Shown piece by piece: positions 37,781 to 48,100 of a stretch of DNA of 64,000 bases. The position numbers and the translations under genes were made by a program. The notes under the pieces were generated by a model. It had not been told where the DNA came from. It did not search any database and worked only from the letters and a program-made list of their open reading frames with translations. Location of the stretch: assembly GCA_050916045.1 (NCBI GenBank), contig CP051526.1, positions 96,001-160,000 of the forward strand. Reading direction: 5' to 3'. The first letter of the stretch is position 1. Every line of letters begins with the position of its first letter. This DNA is from Tepidisphaera sp. GTDB lineage: Bacteria; Planctomycetota; Phycisphaerae; Phycisphaerales; UBA1924.

Positions 37781-38980
37781 TCAGCAGCCAGCTTCGAACT
37801 CGCCGACGAACGTGTCGTAGTCGAAGAAGTCGACGAACCCGTCCCCGTTGACGTCAGCGGTCTTGCCGGGGGGACAACCAGCACCCTCGAAGCAGGCGAC
37901 GTAAACGTCGTAGTCGAAGAAGTCGAGGAAGCCGTCGCCGTTGAAGTCCGTCGCACAGATGGGCCTGGTCCAGATCACAGCTTCGACTCGATTGGTGATG
38001 GTGTTGAGGCCGTAGCCCGAGATGATGGTGTTCACGCCATCGCTGGTGATACCAGTCGCCTCGCTTCTCGTGAATCCTGCCGGCAGGAAGGTCGACAGAT
38101 CGACCCACGAAGCCGCCGTTCCACTCCACAGGCTCGCGCGCTGCAAACCGTTCACGGTGGCCGATCCCACCTGCTGGCCGTTCAAGACGCCGTATGCTCG
38201 GGAGGTCGTCGAGCCCGCCGGATCGAGATTGACCCACGATTGCGCCGTCCCGGTCCACAAGCTTGCGCGAGGCACGCCGCCCAGATTGACATCCCCCACC
38301 TGCTGTCCGCCGTGGACGGCGCGGGCTGTGGAAACCGTATTGAGCCCAGGGTCAAGATCGACATGGGAGGCGGCCGTCCCGCTCCAGAGGCACGCGCGAT
38401 TACTGAACTCAGGCGTCCAGAACCCCACCTGCTGCACGCCGTCGGTGCCCAAGGCTCGCGCGCTCCCGGTCTGCGGCGGGGTGAGATTGACAAAGGATGC
38501 AGCCGACCCGGTCCACAAAATCGCTGACTGTGGACCAGCCGAGGAGAATTGAGCGAACCCCACCTGCTGCCCGCCGCTTGCGCCGAAGGCGGTGGACGTC
38601 GCCGCGCCCGTCGGACTGAGATCGACCCACGAGTCCGCCGTCCCAGTCCACAGGCTCGCGCGACCGCGTCCATCCCGCAGGGTCCACCCCACCTGCTGCC
38701 CGTCGCCAGCGCCCCAGGCGATAGATTGCAGCGCACCATCGGAATGGAGATTCACGAACGAGCCCGCTGTCCCGCTCCACACGGCCGCTCGGTTCACCCC
38801 GACGCCTTGCACGATGTACCCCACCTGCTGCGCGCCGCCGGCGCCCGTAGCTTGGGACTGTGTCGGGCCGGACGGGTGGAGGACGGTGACCGTCCACTGC
38901 GCCTGCGCAGCAGTGGACATGACCAGAGTTCCGGTGATGGCCGCGAGTCGGGCCACGCTGATGAAAGACTGCACAGACAT
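37781..38980 (-). CDS. Secreted repeat beta-propeller protein with GC-type dockerin
   Basis: GAGGAG RBS then ATG at 38980 (MSVQSF...AQAQ signal); six QQVG...RAxLWxGxAxSxVxL repeats of ~43 aa plus a degenerate seventh; dockerin tail. Confidence 0.85.
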   Translation of the reverse strand: MSVQSFISVARLAAITGTLVMSTAAQAQWTVTVLHPSGPTQSQATGAGGAQQVGYIVQGVGVNRAAVWSGTAGSFVNLHSDGALQSIAWGAGDGQQVGWTLRDGRGRASLWTGTADSWVDLSPTGAATSTAFGASGGQQVGFAQFSSAGPQSAILWTGSAASFVNLTPPQTGSARALGTDGVQQVGFWTPEFSNRACLWSGTAASHVDLDPGLNTVSTARAVHGGQQVGDVNLGGVPRASLWTGTAQSWVNLDPAGSTTSRAYGVLNGQQVGSATVNGLQRASLWSGTAASWVDLSTFLPAGFTRSEATGITSDGVNTIISGYGLNTITNRVEAVIWTRPICATDFNGDGFLDFFDYDVYVACFEGAGCPPGKTADVNGDGFVDFFDYDTFVGEFEAGC

Positions 38981-39105
38981 AACGTTCTCCTCGGGCTTGC
39001 GCCCGCACACACCATGCGGCGACAACACTGTCACCGCTGAACGCCCCCACGAGTTTGCTCAGCCTGGATTCTCAATACCGATATGGAATCGGGTGCTCAC
39101 ACACG
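38931..39105 (-). repeat. 175-bp direct repeat, copy 1 (leader + RBS + signal-peptide start)
   Basis: Aligns without gaps to 40227-40401 with 20 mismatches by hand count (~89% identity). Confidence 0.95.
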
Positions 39106-39157
39106 ATCAGCGTCCTCGCCGCCGCGCGGCCATCAGGCCGCCCACGCCCAGCGGCGG

Positions 39158-40270
39158 TCAGCACCCGGTCTCGAACGCGAGGACATAATCGTCGTAGTCG
39201 AAGAAGTCGACAAAGCCGTCGCTGTTGAAGTCGGCGGAGCCGCCACCGCAAACTTCGGTCTCGAAGCACTGGACGAAGGCGTCGTAGTCGAAGAAGTCGA
39301 GAAAGCCGTCGCCGTTGAAGTCCGGACGGCACAGCGGCGGCAGTGCAGGGCTCGCGAAACGGAAACCTGTGTTCGCTTGCTCAGCCGCTGGGGAGCCGGA
39401 GGACCAGAATCCCGAGCCAATACCAAAGCGGGAGTTGTCGAAGAACGAGCCACCGCGCTGGAGTTTCTCACCGGCAAAGAAACCATCCTCGTTCCACTCC
39501 CACACATTGCCGGACATGTCAAACGCACCGTAGAAGCTGGTCGTTCCCGCCGAACCGACGGCGGTCACATTGCCGTTCTGTCCGTTCCAGTCGCAACCAA
39601 CGTCGTAGTTGACGACGTTTGGGCCAGGGTTGGCGATGTCGCCCGTCGTGGTTGCGGTCGCGACGACCGGCACGATGTTGCTCTGCGTCGCAAAGCCCCA
39701 GTAGTTGTCGGTGTCGCCGCCCAGGCTGGCGGGCTGGTGGTACGCGGCTTTGTACCACTCGTGGTTGGTGGGAATGAAGACCTGGTTGGGATTCGAGAGG
39801 TCGCGTGTGATCGCGACGAGGATGTTTCCATTCAAGGTGTACACGCCGCTCTCGGTGTCGCCCGAACCCTGCCCGTTGGTCAGCCAGTTGGCCATCCGGG
39901 CCGCGTCGAAGAAGCTCACGAAGTTCACGGGCTTGTTGCCCATGTTGGGCCGTAAGGCGTAGGTGAACGAGCCGTCGGTGCCCGTGCGGGTGATGCCGCC
40001 GCGCGGGTCCGAACCCATGCTGGGATTGAAGAGGCCGTTGGGGTCGCTCGCGGCGACCACGTTGAGGAACGCGGCGTACTGCGCGTTGGTGACCTCAAAC
40101 GTCCCGATGCGAAACTCGTACGCGACCCCGCCCCTGCCGAAGGCGTTTGGGTCGCCCGCATTGCCGGGGTTTCCGACGGTGCGGAACTCGAGGGTGACTT
40201 GCGCCGAGGCGACGGGCGCGCCCAAGCCGGTGACGGCCGCGAGCCCGGCCACGCTGATGAAGGACCTCAA
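39158..40270 (-). CDS. Secreted formylglycine-generating-enzyme (SUMF1/FGE-sulfatase) family protein with GC-type dockerin
   Basis: EVTNAQYAAFLN, PVNFVSFFDA, EWYKAAY, DMSGNVWEW, RGGS, GFRFA; dockerin tail. The position matching the paralogous ATG is ACG (40276); the nearest start is TTG at 40270. Confidence 0.85.
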   Translation of the reverse strand: MRSFISVAGLAAVTGLGAPVASAQVTLEFRTVGNPGNAGDPNAFGRGGVAYEFRIGTFEVTNAQYAAFLNVVAASDPNGLFNPSMGSDPRGGITRTGTDGSFTYALRPNMGNKPVNFVSFFDAARMANWLTNGQGSGDTESGVYTLNGNILVAITRDLSNPNQVFIPTNHEWYKAAYHQPASLGGDTDNYWGFATQSNIVPVVATATTTGDIANPGPNVVNYDVGCDWNGQNGNVTAVGSAGTTSFYGAFDMSGNVWEWNEDGFFAGEKLQRGGSFFDNSRFGIGSGFWSSGSPAAEQANTGFRFASPALPPLCRPDFNGDGFLDFFDYDAFVQCFETEVCGGGSADFNSDGFVDFFDYDDYVLAFETGC

Positions 40271-40401
40271 AAACGTATCGTTCTCCTCGGGCTTGCGCCC
40301 GCACGCACCATGCGGCGACAACAACGTCACCACTGAACGCCCCCACGAGTTTTCTCAGCCTGGATCGTCAATACCGATGTGGAATCAGGTGATCACACAC
40401 G
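40227..40401 (-). repeat. 175-bp direct repeat, copy 2
   Basis: Ungapped match to 38931-39105. Confidence 0.95.
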
Positions 40402-40454
40402 GCCAAGGTACCGGTAACGGCCGCGAGCCCGGCCACACTGAACGAATTCTTCAT
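40368..40454 (-). pseudogene. Orphan signal-peptide mini-ORF (28 aa) or truncated gene start
   Basis: GGAGAGGG then ATG; MKNSFSVAGLAAVTGTLAV runs into repeat copy 2 and stops. 40411-40436 matches 40227-40252 at 25/26 nt in the same frame. Confidence 0.6.
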
Positions 40455-40895
40455 GGAACACCCTCTCCCCCCGAATCTCTCCGAGATCCCAGTTCTCTTG
40501 AGCAGTTTCTCGCGTCCCAGCACCATGTCCGCACTTGGGCCAGGTTGGCCCTTCAGACATCTGAGACGCCCCGCTCCCTGCTCCGATGTCCGCACCCGGA
40601 TCCGGCATTGCGGGCACCCTCTCAGAAGATCGCGAAACTTTGGGCGATGCGCCACAAAGGTGCCGGAGCCCCTCTCTAGCAATCCCCAGAAGGTCCTCTC
40701 CTGGTGTCAGTGCGTCATCGTGTCCGCGAGTTCCCGAACCGCTCCCGACCGTCTGACCGGCCGGAGCGGCGGCGTGGAGCTGCACTCGCATGGACTTCGT
40801 TGCGAGCGGCTCGAAGGTTCATCAACCCTCGAAGTCATCCAAAGCGGCTGACTTCGAGACCACGGGCACCCATCTCCCTCACGGTCTTGGCTCTG

Positions 40896-42422
40896 TCAGA
40901 GGCCGTAGACCTCGCCCAGCTTGCCTTCGAGGTGGCGCATCAGCGGGTCGGCGGAAAGCGGCTTGCCCGTCACCTTCTCGCAGAGCTCCGCCGCGCGGTA
41001 CCGGCGACCGTGGGCGTGGATGTTGGTGTTGAGCCACTTCTTCAGCGCGGCGAAGTCGCCCTTGGTCAAGCGGGCCGGAAGGTCCTTGATCTTCTTGTTG
41101 ATCGTCTCCCAAAGCTGCGCCGCGTAGAGGTTGCCCAGGGTGTACGTCGGGAAGTAACCGACCAGACCAAAGCTCCAGTGCACGTCCTGCAGGCAGCCGC
41201 GGCGGTCGTCGGGGACCTTCACGCCCAGGTACTCCTTGTACTTGGCGTTCCAGACGCCCGGGACGTCCTTGACCGCGAGCGAGCCCGAGAGCAGAGCCCG
41301 CTCGATCTCGAACCGGATCATGACGTGCAGGTTGTACGTCCCTTCGTCGGCTTCGACGCGGATGAAGCTCGGCGTGCAGGTGTTGACGGCGCGGTAGAGG
41401 TCCTCGACCTTGGCGGTCTTGAAGGCTTTCGCGTGCGGGCCGTACTGCTTCTTGACGTGGGGGAGAGCCCACTTCCAGAATTCGCGGCTTCGGCCGACCA
41501 TGTTCTCCCACATGCGCGACTGGCTTTCGTGGATGCCCAGACTGATATCGCCGGCGAGGGGCGTGCCCGCCGCGGGGCTCTTCTTCGGCAAGCCCTGCTC
41601 GTAGAGGCCGTGGCCCATCTCGTGCATGGTGCCGTAGAGAGCGTCGGTGAACTTCTCGCCGCGGTAGCGGGTGGTCAGACGCGTATCGCCCGGGGCGATC
41701 CCTGAGCAGAACGGGTGCGTCGTCGTGTCGAGGCGGCCGGACTTGAGGTCAAACCCCATGGACTCAAGCACGAACAGGCCGAACGCGTGCTGGGCGCCGG
41801 CGGGGACCTTGGAATCAAGGATCTTGGTGTTCACCTTGGTCTTGCTCGCGGCGACGCGGTGGATCAGGTCGCTCAGGCGTGCCCGCAGCGGTGTGAAGAC
41901 CTGTTCGATTTCGGCGGCGGTGATGCCGGGCTCATACTCGTTCAGCAGCGCGTCGTAGGCTTCGCCCCCCTTCGGCACGCCATAGCACTGAGCTTTCTGC
42001 TTGCAGAGGTCCATGACCTTGGTGAGCCAGGGGGCGAACTTCTTGAAGTCGCTCTTCTCGCGGGCGTGCTTCCACTCTTCGGAGGCTTTGCTGGTGGTGA
42101 CGGCCCATTCCTCGACGAGGCTGGTGGGGAGCTTGGTGGCCAGGTCGTAATCGCGACGCATCTCGCGGACGTTCGCGGCTTCGGCGGAACCTTCGGCCAT
42201 GGACTTGCCGAACTCGGCTTCGCACGCGGCGATCAGGTCGCCGATCTTCTTGCTTGTCTTGCGTTCGTGGACGATGCCCGCGAGCAGGCCCTGCTGCTCC
42301 GCTCGGGCGTCGACGCCCCCTTCGGGCATGTACGTCTCCTGGTCCCAGCCCAGCAGGGAGGAGATGGACCCAAGGGTGGAAACCTCGCGGACGAGTTTGC
42401 ACAGATCGGCGTAGTTGCTCAT
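40896..42422 (-). CDS. Carboxypeptidase M32 (Taq-type)
   Basis: WDQETYMP, HPFC, HEMGHGLYEQ, HESQSR, IRVEADE, GCLQDVHW, GYFPTYTLG. Confidence 0.95.
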   Translation of the reverse strand: MSNYADLCKLVREVSTLGSISSLLGWDQETYMPEGGVDARAEQQGLLAGIVHERKTSKKIGDLIAACEAEFGKSMAEGSAEAANVREMRRDYDLATKLPTSLVEEWAVTTSKASEEWKHAREKSDFKKFAPWLTKVMDLCKQKAQCYGVPKGGEAYDALLNEYEPGITAAEIEQVFTPLRARLSDLIHRVAASKTKVNTKILDSKVPAGAQHAFGLFVLESMGFDLKSGRLDTTTHPFCSGIAPGDTRLTTRYRGEKFTDALYGTMHEMGHGLYEQGLPKKSPAAGTPLAGDISLGIHESQSRMWENMVGRSREFWKWALPHVKKQYGPHAKAFKTAKVEDLYRAVNTCTPSFIRVEADEGTYNLHVMIRFEIERALLSGSLAVKDVPGVWNAKYKEYLGVKVPDDRRGCLQDVHWSFGLVGYFPTYTLGNLYAAQLWETINKKIKDLPARLTKGDFAALKKWLNTNIHAHGRRYRAAELCEKVTGKPLSADPLMRHLEGKLGEVYGL

Positions 42423-42474
42423 GCCGCGAGGGTAGCCGGGGAGGGGCCCTTGTCGCCCGTCCGAGTCCCCAAGC

Positions 42475-45036
42475 CTACTTCCCGCTGTCGGGGACCTTGT
42501 CCAGGATCCCACGGACGCGGCGGGCGAGCTGCTTGGGGGTGTACGGCTTCTGCAGGAACGCGATCCCCGTCTCGAGGACGCCCCGCTGGGTGATGACGCT
42601 GTCCGTGTATCCGGAGCAGAAGAGCAGATCGATGCTCGGGCGAACGGCGCGGAGCCGCTCGCTGAGTTCCTTCCCGCTCATCCCGGGCAGAACGACGTCC
42701 GTGACCATGAGGTGGATCTGACCCGCGAAAGCGTTGGCGATCGCCAGCGCCTCCTCCCCGCTTGCGGCGACGAGCACCGAGTACCCGAAACCGCGGAGGG
42801 CGGCGGTTGCGATCTGACGCACCATCGGCTCATCCTCGACGAGGAGCACCGTCTCGGTGCCGAACCCCGGCGTCTCCTCCTTGGCTCGACCCGCACGCTC
42901 CGCCTGCCCGTCCACGCGGGGCAGGAAGATGCGGAAAAGCGTCCCCTTCCCGGGTTCGGAGTAAAGCCAGATGAACCCGCCCGCTTGCCGGATGATGCCG
43001 TAGCACGTCGCCAGTCCAAGCCCCGTCCCCTTTCCCGCTTCCTTGGTGGTGAAAAAGGGTTCGAAGATGTGCTGCTGGATCGACGTGTCCATTCCGACGC
43101 CGGTGTCGCTGACGAGAAGCATGATGTACCGGCCGGGCGCCACGCCCTCGTAACCGCGTGTGTACTCCTCGTCCAACTCGGCGTTGGAGGTCTGGATCGT
43201 CAGGATCCCGCCCTGCGGCATCGCGTCGCGAGCGTTCGTTGCCAGGTTCACCAGCACCTGCTCAAGCTGTCCGGGATCGATCCGGGTGACGCCCGTGTCC
43301 GCCGGGAGCGACGTGACGAGCTGAACGTCCTCGCCGAGAAGCCGGTTGAGGATCGGCACCAGGTCGTGGATGAGGGAGTTGATCTCCACGGTGCGAGGTT
43401 CGATGACCTGCTTGCGGGCGAAGGCAAGGAGGTGCTGGGTGAGCACCGCCGATCGGTTCGCGGCTTCGCGGATGGTCCTGAGGTACTCGCGAGAGCTCTC
43501 CGGGAGCCGAGACTCCATGTCGATGAGGTCGGCGCTCCCGATGATCGCGGTGAGGAGGTTGTTGAAGTCGTGCGCGACGCCGCCAGCCAGCCTTCCCAAG
43601 CTTTCGAGCTTGCGGGATTGGAGCAGGTGCTCTTCGAGCGTGCGCCGCTCCTGAATGTCCCGTACGAGCCCGACCCACTCGCGGATCGTGCCGTCCGGAC
43701 CAAGCATGGGAACGCCCCGCATCACGAACCACCGATGCGACCGCGCGGTCCGGCTCCAGAGACGCCCCTCGAACTCGAAAGCCGCGCGGGACTCGCGGGC
43801 CGTCTTCCACGACTCCTGCAGGCGTTCGCGGTCGCTCGCGTAGACGGCTTCAAGCCATCCACGGTCGCGGTAATCGTCCCACGTCTGCCCCGTGTAGTTC
43901 TGCCATGAATCCTGCCGCGCGATGAACCGCCCCTCGGCGTCGGTCGTCCAGACGATCGATGCCGTCGCGGTCGCGAGGAGCCTGTAGCGGCTTTCGCTCT
44001 CGGCGACCCTGCTCGCCGCCCGATCGCGGTGCATGCGGGAGCGAGCCCGGACGTACGCCATCCCCGTGAAGGAACCGGTGAAAAGAGCGCCGAACGCGCC
44101 CGTGATCCACGTCGAGAGATGGGATCCCGCCTGCAGAAAGGACGGGCCGGCTGCGCATCGGACGTTCCATGTTTGGTCAGCGACCTGAATCGAGAACTCG
44201 CGGGTAAGGTCCGGGTCCGGAGAAGCCGCGTCTCCCGATGAGTACAGCACGACCGAATCCTCACCCTTCCGGTCCCGGACCTCGAGCGTCAATCCCTCGT
44301 GCGTCTCGATGGGAACGAACCGCGAGATCATCGAGTCGATCCTGAAGGGGCAGTAGGTAAAGCCCGTCACGGTCCGCGTTCGCTCTTCGCCGCTTTCGGG
44401 CACGCCTCCCGTGGAGTAAACCGGAACGAACAGAAGAATGCCCCGATGCTGCTCGGTTTCCGTCTCACCCTTGAGGTTGACGATGGACGTACTGGCCGGT
44501 CGCCCCGAGTTCCGTGCTCGCTCCATCGCTCCGCGGGTGGTCGGCTCGGACCACATGTCCCATCCGAGCGAGGCCCGGTTCTTGGGAGTCCCCGGCTCGA
44601 TGTAGTCCACGATGCTTCGCACGCCTTGGTCTGTCGCGGCCGGCGAGAAGCCAAAGCCCTGCCCGAAACGTTCTCGCATCCGCACCAGATGGGCTTCGGC
44701 CGCCTCAGAACTCCGAAGATACCGCACGAACCCGATCCCTTCGACGCCCGGAAAGCTCTCGCTCTGCCAGATCCGAGCCATGTACCGCTCGAATTCGTCC
44801 GGGGTCACGTCCGCGCTCCCGGAGAAAAGGCCTGCGCTCCCCGAGAGGAGCGCGATGTACGACCGAAGCCGCATCCGCAGCTCTTCCACCAGATGCGCCG
44901 AGACCTGTTCAAACCGGTTCCGCGTCCGCGTCTCGTTCACCTGCCACACGCTGCGCGTGGTCACCACCGTCGCGGCGGTGCCGAGCGCGGCGACCACAAG
45001 CGGAAGCCAACCCAGACTGGATCGAGCCCGTCGCAA
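42475..45036 (-). CDS. CHASE-PAS hybrid sensor histidine kinase with receiver domain
   Basis: TM-CHASE-TM, PAS, GGVAHDFNNLL H-box, EPFFTTK.GKGTGLGL, REC (LLVEDE, TDVVLPG, KP). Start uncertain; TTG at 45036 chosen. Confidence 0.9.
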   Translation of the reverse strand: MRRARSSLGWLPLVVAALGTAATVVTTRSVWQVNETRTRNRFEQVSAHLVEELRMRLRSYIALLSGSAGLFSGSADVTPDEFERYMARIWQSESFPGVEGIGFVRYLRSSEAAEAHLVRMRERFGQGFGFSPAATDQGVRSIVDYIEPGTPKNRASLGWDMWSEPTTRGAMERARNSGRPASTSIVNLKGETETEQHRGILLFVPVYSTGGVPESGEERTRTVTGFTYCPFRIDSMISRFVPIETHEGLTLEVRDRKGEDSVVLYSSGDAASPDPDLTREFSIQVADQTWNVRCAAGPSFLQAGSHLSTWITGAFGALFTGSFTGMAYVRARSRMHRDRAASRVAESESRYRLLATATASIVWTTDAEGRFIARQDSWQNYTGQTWDDYRDRGWLEAVYASDRERLQESWKTARESRAAFEFEGRLWSRTARSHRWFVMRGVPMLGPDGTIREWVGLVRDIQERRTLEEHLLQSRKLESLGRLAGGVAHDFNNLLTAIIGSADLIDMESRLPESSREYLRTIREAANRSAVLTQHLLAFARKQVIEPRTVEINSLIHDLVPILNRLLGEDVQLVTSLPADTGVTRIDPGQLEQVLVNLATNARDAMPQGGILTIQTSNAELDEEYTRGYEGVAPGRYIMLLVSDTGVGMDTSIQQHIFEPFFTTKEAGKGTGLGLATCYGIIRQAGGFIWLYSEPGKGTLFRIFLPRVDGQAERAGRAKEETPGFGTETVLLVEDEPMVRQIATAALRGFGYSVLVAASGEEALAIANAFAGQIHLMVTDVVLPGMSGKELSERLRAVRPSIDLLFCSGYTDSVITQRGVLETGIAFLQKPYTPKQLARRVRGILDKVPDSGK

Positions 45037-45110
45037 CAGGCACAATGTAACCCGATCCAAAGCACCTCGCCGGGCCAAAGCCCGCTTCAAGAACTCGGTA
45101 TGCTCCCGAG

Positions 45111-48100
45111 ATGACCACACTCGCCGTCATGATCTCCTCCCTGGCTTGCGTCTGCGGGGCGCTCCCTCCTTCCAACCCGCCCACGACGCCACCCTCGATC
45201 ATCGACCAGTACAACCCCGTGTGGGCTTCCCCCTCCCCGAACGCATCGGGCTCCATGCCCATCGGCAACGGAACCCTCGGTGCCAACGTCTGGGTCGAGC
45301 CTTCCGGCGACCTCCTCCTGCTCCTCTCCCGCACCGACGCGTGGAGCGAGACCGACCGCCTGCTCAAGCTCGGGCAGATCCGCCTTCGCCTCGATCCCAA
45401 TCCCTTTGTCGGCAAGGGTTTCCGCCAGGAGCTCAAGCTTCGGGACGGCGTCATCGAGATTTCCGACTCGGGCCGCTCCAAGCTCCGCGTGTACGTGGTT
45501 CCCTCGATCGACCAGATCCGGATCGAAGGGGATCTCGCCGCTCCGTCCAAGGTCAGCGTCGCCCTCGAAACATGGCGCACCGCCCGCAAGACCTTCGAGA
45601 ACGACGATGAGCTCCGTTCAAGCTGGACGATGCACTCGGCCCCGGCGGAGGTCCGCGAGCGGCTCATCTGGGAGTCGCCGGACATCGTCCGGACCGAGTC
45701 CGACCGCACCGCGCTGCTCTGGTACCACCGCAACGCGCACTCCGTCGTTCCCTTCACCCTCACGCACCAGGGATTGGACCCGATCAAGGACCAGTTCAAG
45801 GACCCCCTGATCAACCGCACCTTCGGCGGGCTGATCGAGGGCGTTTCCGAGACCTCCTTCGCCGTGGTCAAGGGCAAGCCGTCCACCATCGAGACCACCG
45901 GCGCCGTCCAAGCGTTTGGCGTTCAGGTCACGACCCACTCCGCCCAGACCCCAAGCCCCGAAACCTGGATCAACGACCTGCGCCGCATCTCCGCCCCCAA
46001 GCCCGGCGCGGATGCCTCCCTCATCGAGACCAATGCTTGGTGGTCGGCGTTCTGGGATCGCTCCTGGGTCTTCGTCGAAGGCGACGCGCAAGCGGCTTCC
46101 GGCAAGCCCATCCCGAAAAACAAGCATCCCCTCCGCCTCGGCGTGGACAGCAACGCAAGCAACGTCTTTCGCGGCTTGATGTCGAGGGCGACCGTCTACC
46201 GTCGCGCCCTCTCTTCCGAAGAGATCCTCAGGCTCGCGAGCGGCGGCCCCCGGCCCGACCTCCCGGGCGGCGAGATCTCGGCCGACTTCTCGACCGTTCT
46301 TCCCGCGGCCGAGCAGCCGCAAACCCGTGACGGCTGGCGGTGCAGCAGCGCGTTCGGGCCCTCTTGCTCATGGGAACCCCAGGGCGCTCTCACGGATGAA
46401 CGCGATGCGGACCGCTGGGTCGCGAAGTTCGCCGGCGGACACCTCCGAAGCCTGCCCGACCGGAGTCTCACCCTTGACGACGGCATGACGCTGGAAGCCA
46501 TCATCAAACCCGCGCCAGACCTTGGCCCCGCTCGAATCTTCGACAAGCTCACCGCCGGGACTTCAGACGGCTTCCTCTTTGACACCCACCCCGGCGATTC
46601 CCTCCGCCTCATCGTCGGGTCGCTCACCGTCGAAGCTCGCGGCGTCCTGAAAAAGGACACCTGGCAGCACGTCGCCGCGACCTACGACCCCGCGGCCGGC
46701 TTCGCTCGCATCTACCTCAACGGCAAGCTCGTCGCTTCCAATCTGGCCGACCCCGCCGAGCCCGCCCCGCCCTCTCGAGTCACGCAAGCGTACATCCTGC
46801 AGCGATGGATCCAAGCCTGCGGCGCCGGCGTCTCGCGAGACGGCTCGCGCGGCGAGTTCCCCATCAAGTTCAACGGCTCGATCTTCACCGTCCCGCCCGT
46901 CTTCACCGAAGGTCAGACCCACAACGCCGACTGGCGGAAGTGGGGTGGGTGCTTCTGGTGGCAGAACACCCGCTTGCCGTATTACTCCATGCTCGCTTCC
47001 GGCGACACCGAGATGATGGAGCCTCTCTTCCGATTCCACGAGAACGTCCTTCCCGGGTCCAAAGCCCGCACCACGCTCTACTACGGAGCTCAGGGCGTCT
47101 ACTGGCCCGAAACCATCACCACCTTCGGTACCTACGGAAACGGCGATTACGGCTGGAAGCGAGACGGCCTCGCCATCGGCGACATTTCCCCCTGCCCGTG
47201 GTGGCAGTGGGCGTGGAACCAGTCGCTTGAACTGACGCAGCTCATGCTCGACCGCGCCGCGTACACCGGTGATACGAAGTTCTTGAAAGAGCGTGCCCTC
47301 CCGATGGCCCGCGAGACGCTTCTCTACTTTGATACCCGCTTCAAGCGCGACGACAAGGGCAAGCTCATCGTCAACCCGACCCAAGCGGCCGAGACCTATT
47401 GGCACGACGTGGTGAACGACGCTCCGGTGGTCGGCGGTCTGCACACGATCTGCGACCAGCTTCTCGCGCTGCCCAAGGACATCGGCACCGCCGAGGATCG
47501 CGCCCTCTGGAAGCGCGTCAAGGATGCGACGCCGGCCATGCCCGTCTGGGAGCAGAACGGCACCAAAATGGCCGCCCCCGCCGAGAAGTTCAAGAACCAG
47601 CGGAGCAACTGCGAAACCGCCGAGCTTTACCCGCTCTGGCCGTTCAACCAGTACGCCCTCGGCAAGCCCAACCTCGACCTCGCCATCGCCGCGTACCGCG
47701 CCCGAGTCGACAAAGCCGTGGTCGGCTGGACGCAGGACGGCCTCTTCGCCGCCAAGCTTGGCCTCGTCGATGAAGCACGCGACCAGCTTCTCGCCCGCGT
47801 CCGCAACAGCAACCCCAAGCACCGCTTCCCGGCCATGTGGGGCCCCAACTTTGACTGGCTCCCCGACCAGTGCCACGGATCCAACATCCTGACCCAGACG
47901 CAGCTCATGCTGATGCAGTCCGACCCCGTCTCCGGCCGCATCCTGCTGCTCCCGACGTGGCCGAAGGACTGGAACGTCTCGTTCAAGCTTCACGCTCCCG
48001 GACAGACCGTCGTCGAATGTGTCTACCGAAGCGGCGTGATCGAGAAGCTGAGCGTCACCCCGCCCGCCCGTCGAGCGGACGTCGTCCTGCCGGCGGGTGT

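Noticed and set aside
39158..40270. FGE/CLec-fold gene as a diversity-generating retroelement target
   Set aside because: No reverse transcriptase or template repeat in the window. The repeat lies at the 5' end and its mismatches are not adenine-specific.
38931..40401. 175-bp repeat as an integron attC site, IS end, or c-di-GMP-I riboswitch
   Set aside because: No RYYYAAC/GTTRRRY ends, terminal inverted repeats, integrase or transposase. The GCAAAC similarity to GEMM is short and not conserved in copy 2.
40525..40595. 10-bp direct repeat ATGTCCGCAC (40525 and 40586) in the intergenic region
   Set aside because: Only two short copies. It could be an operator, but chance cannot be excluded.
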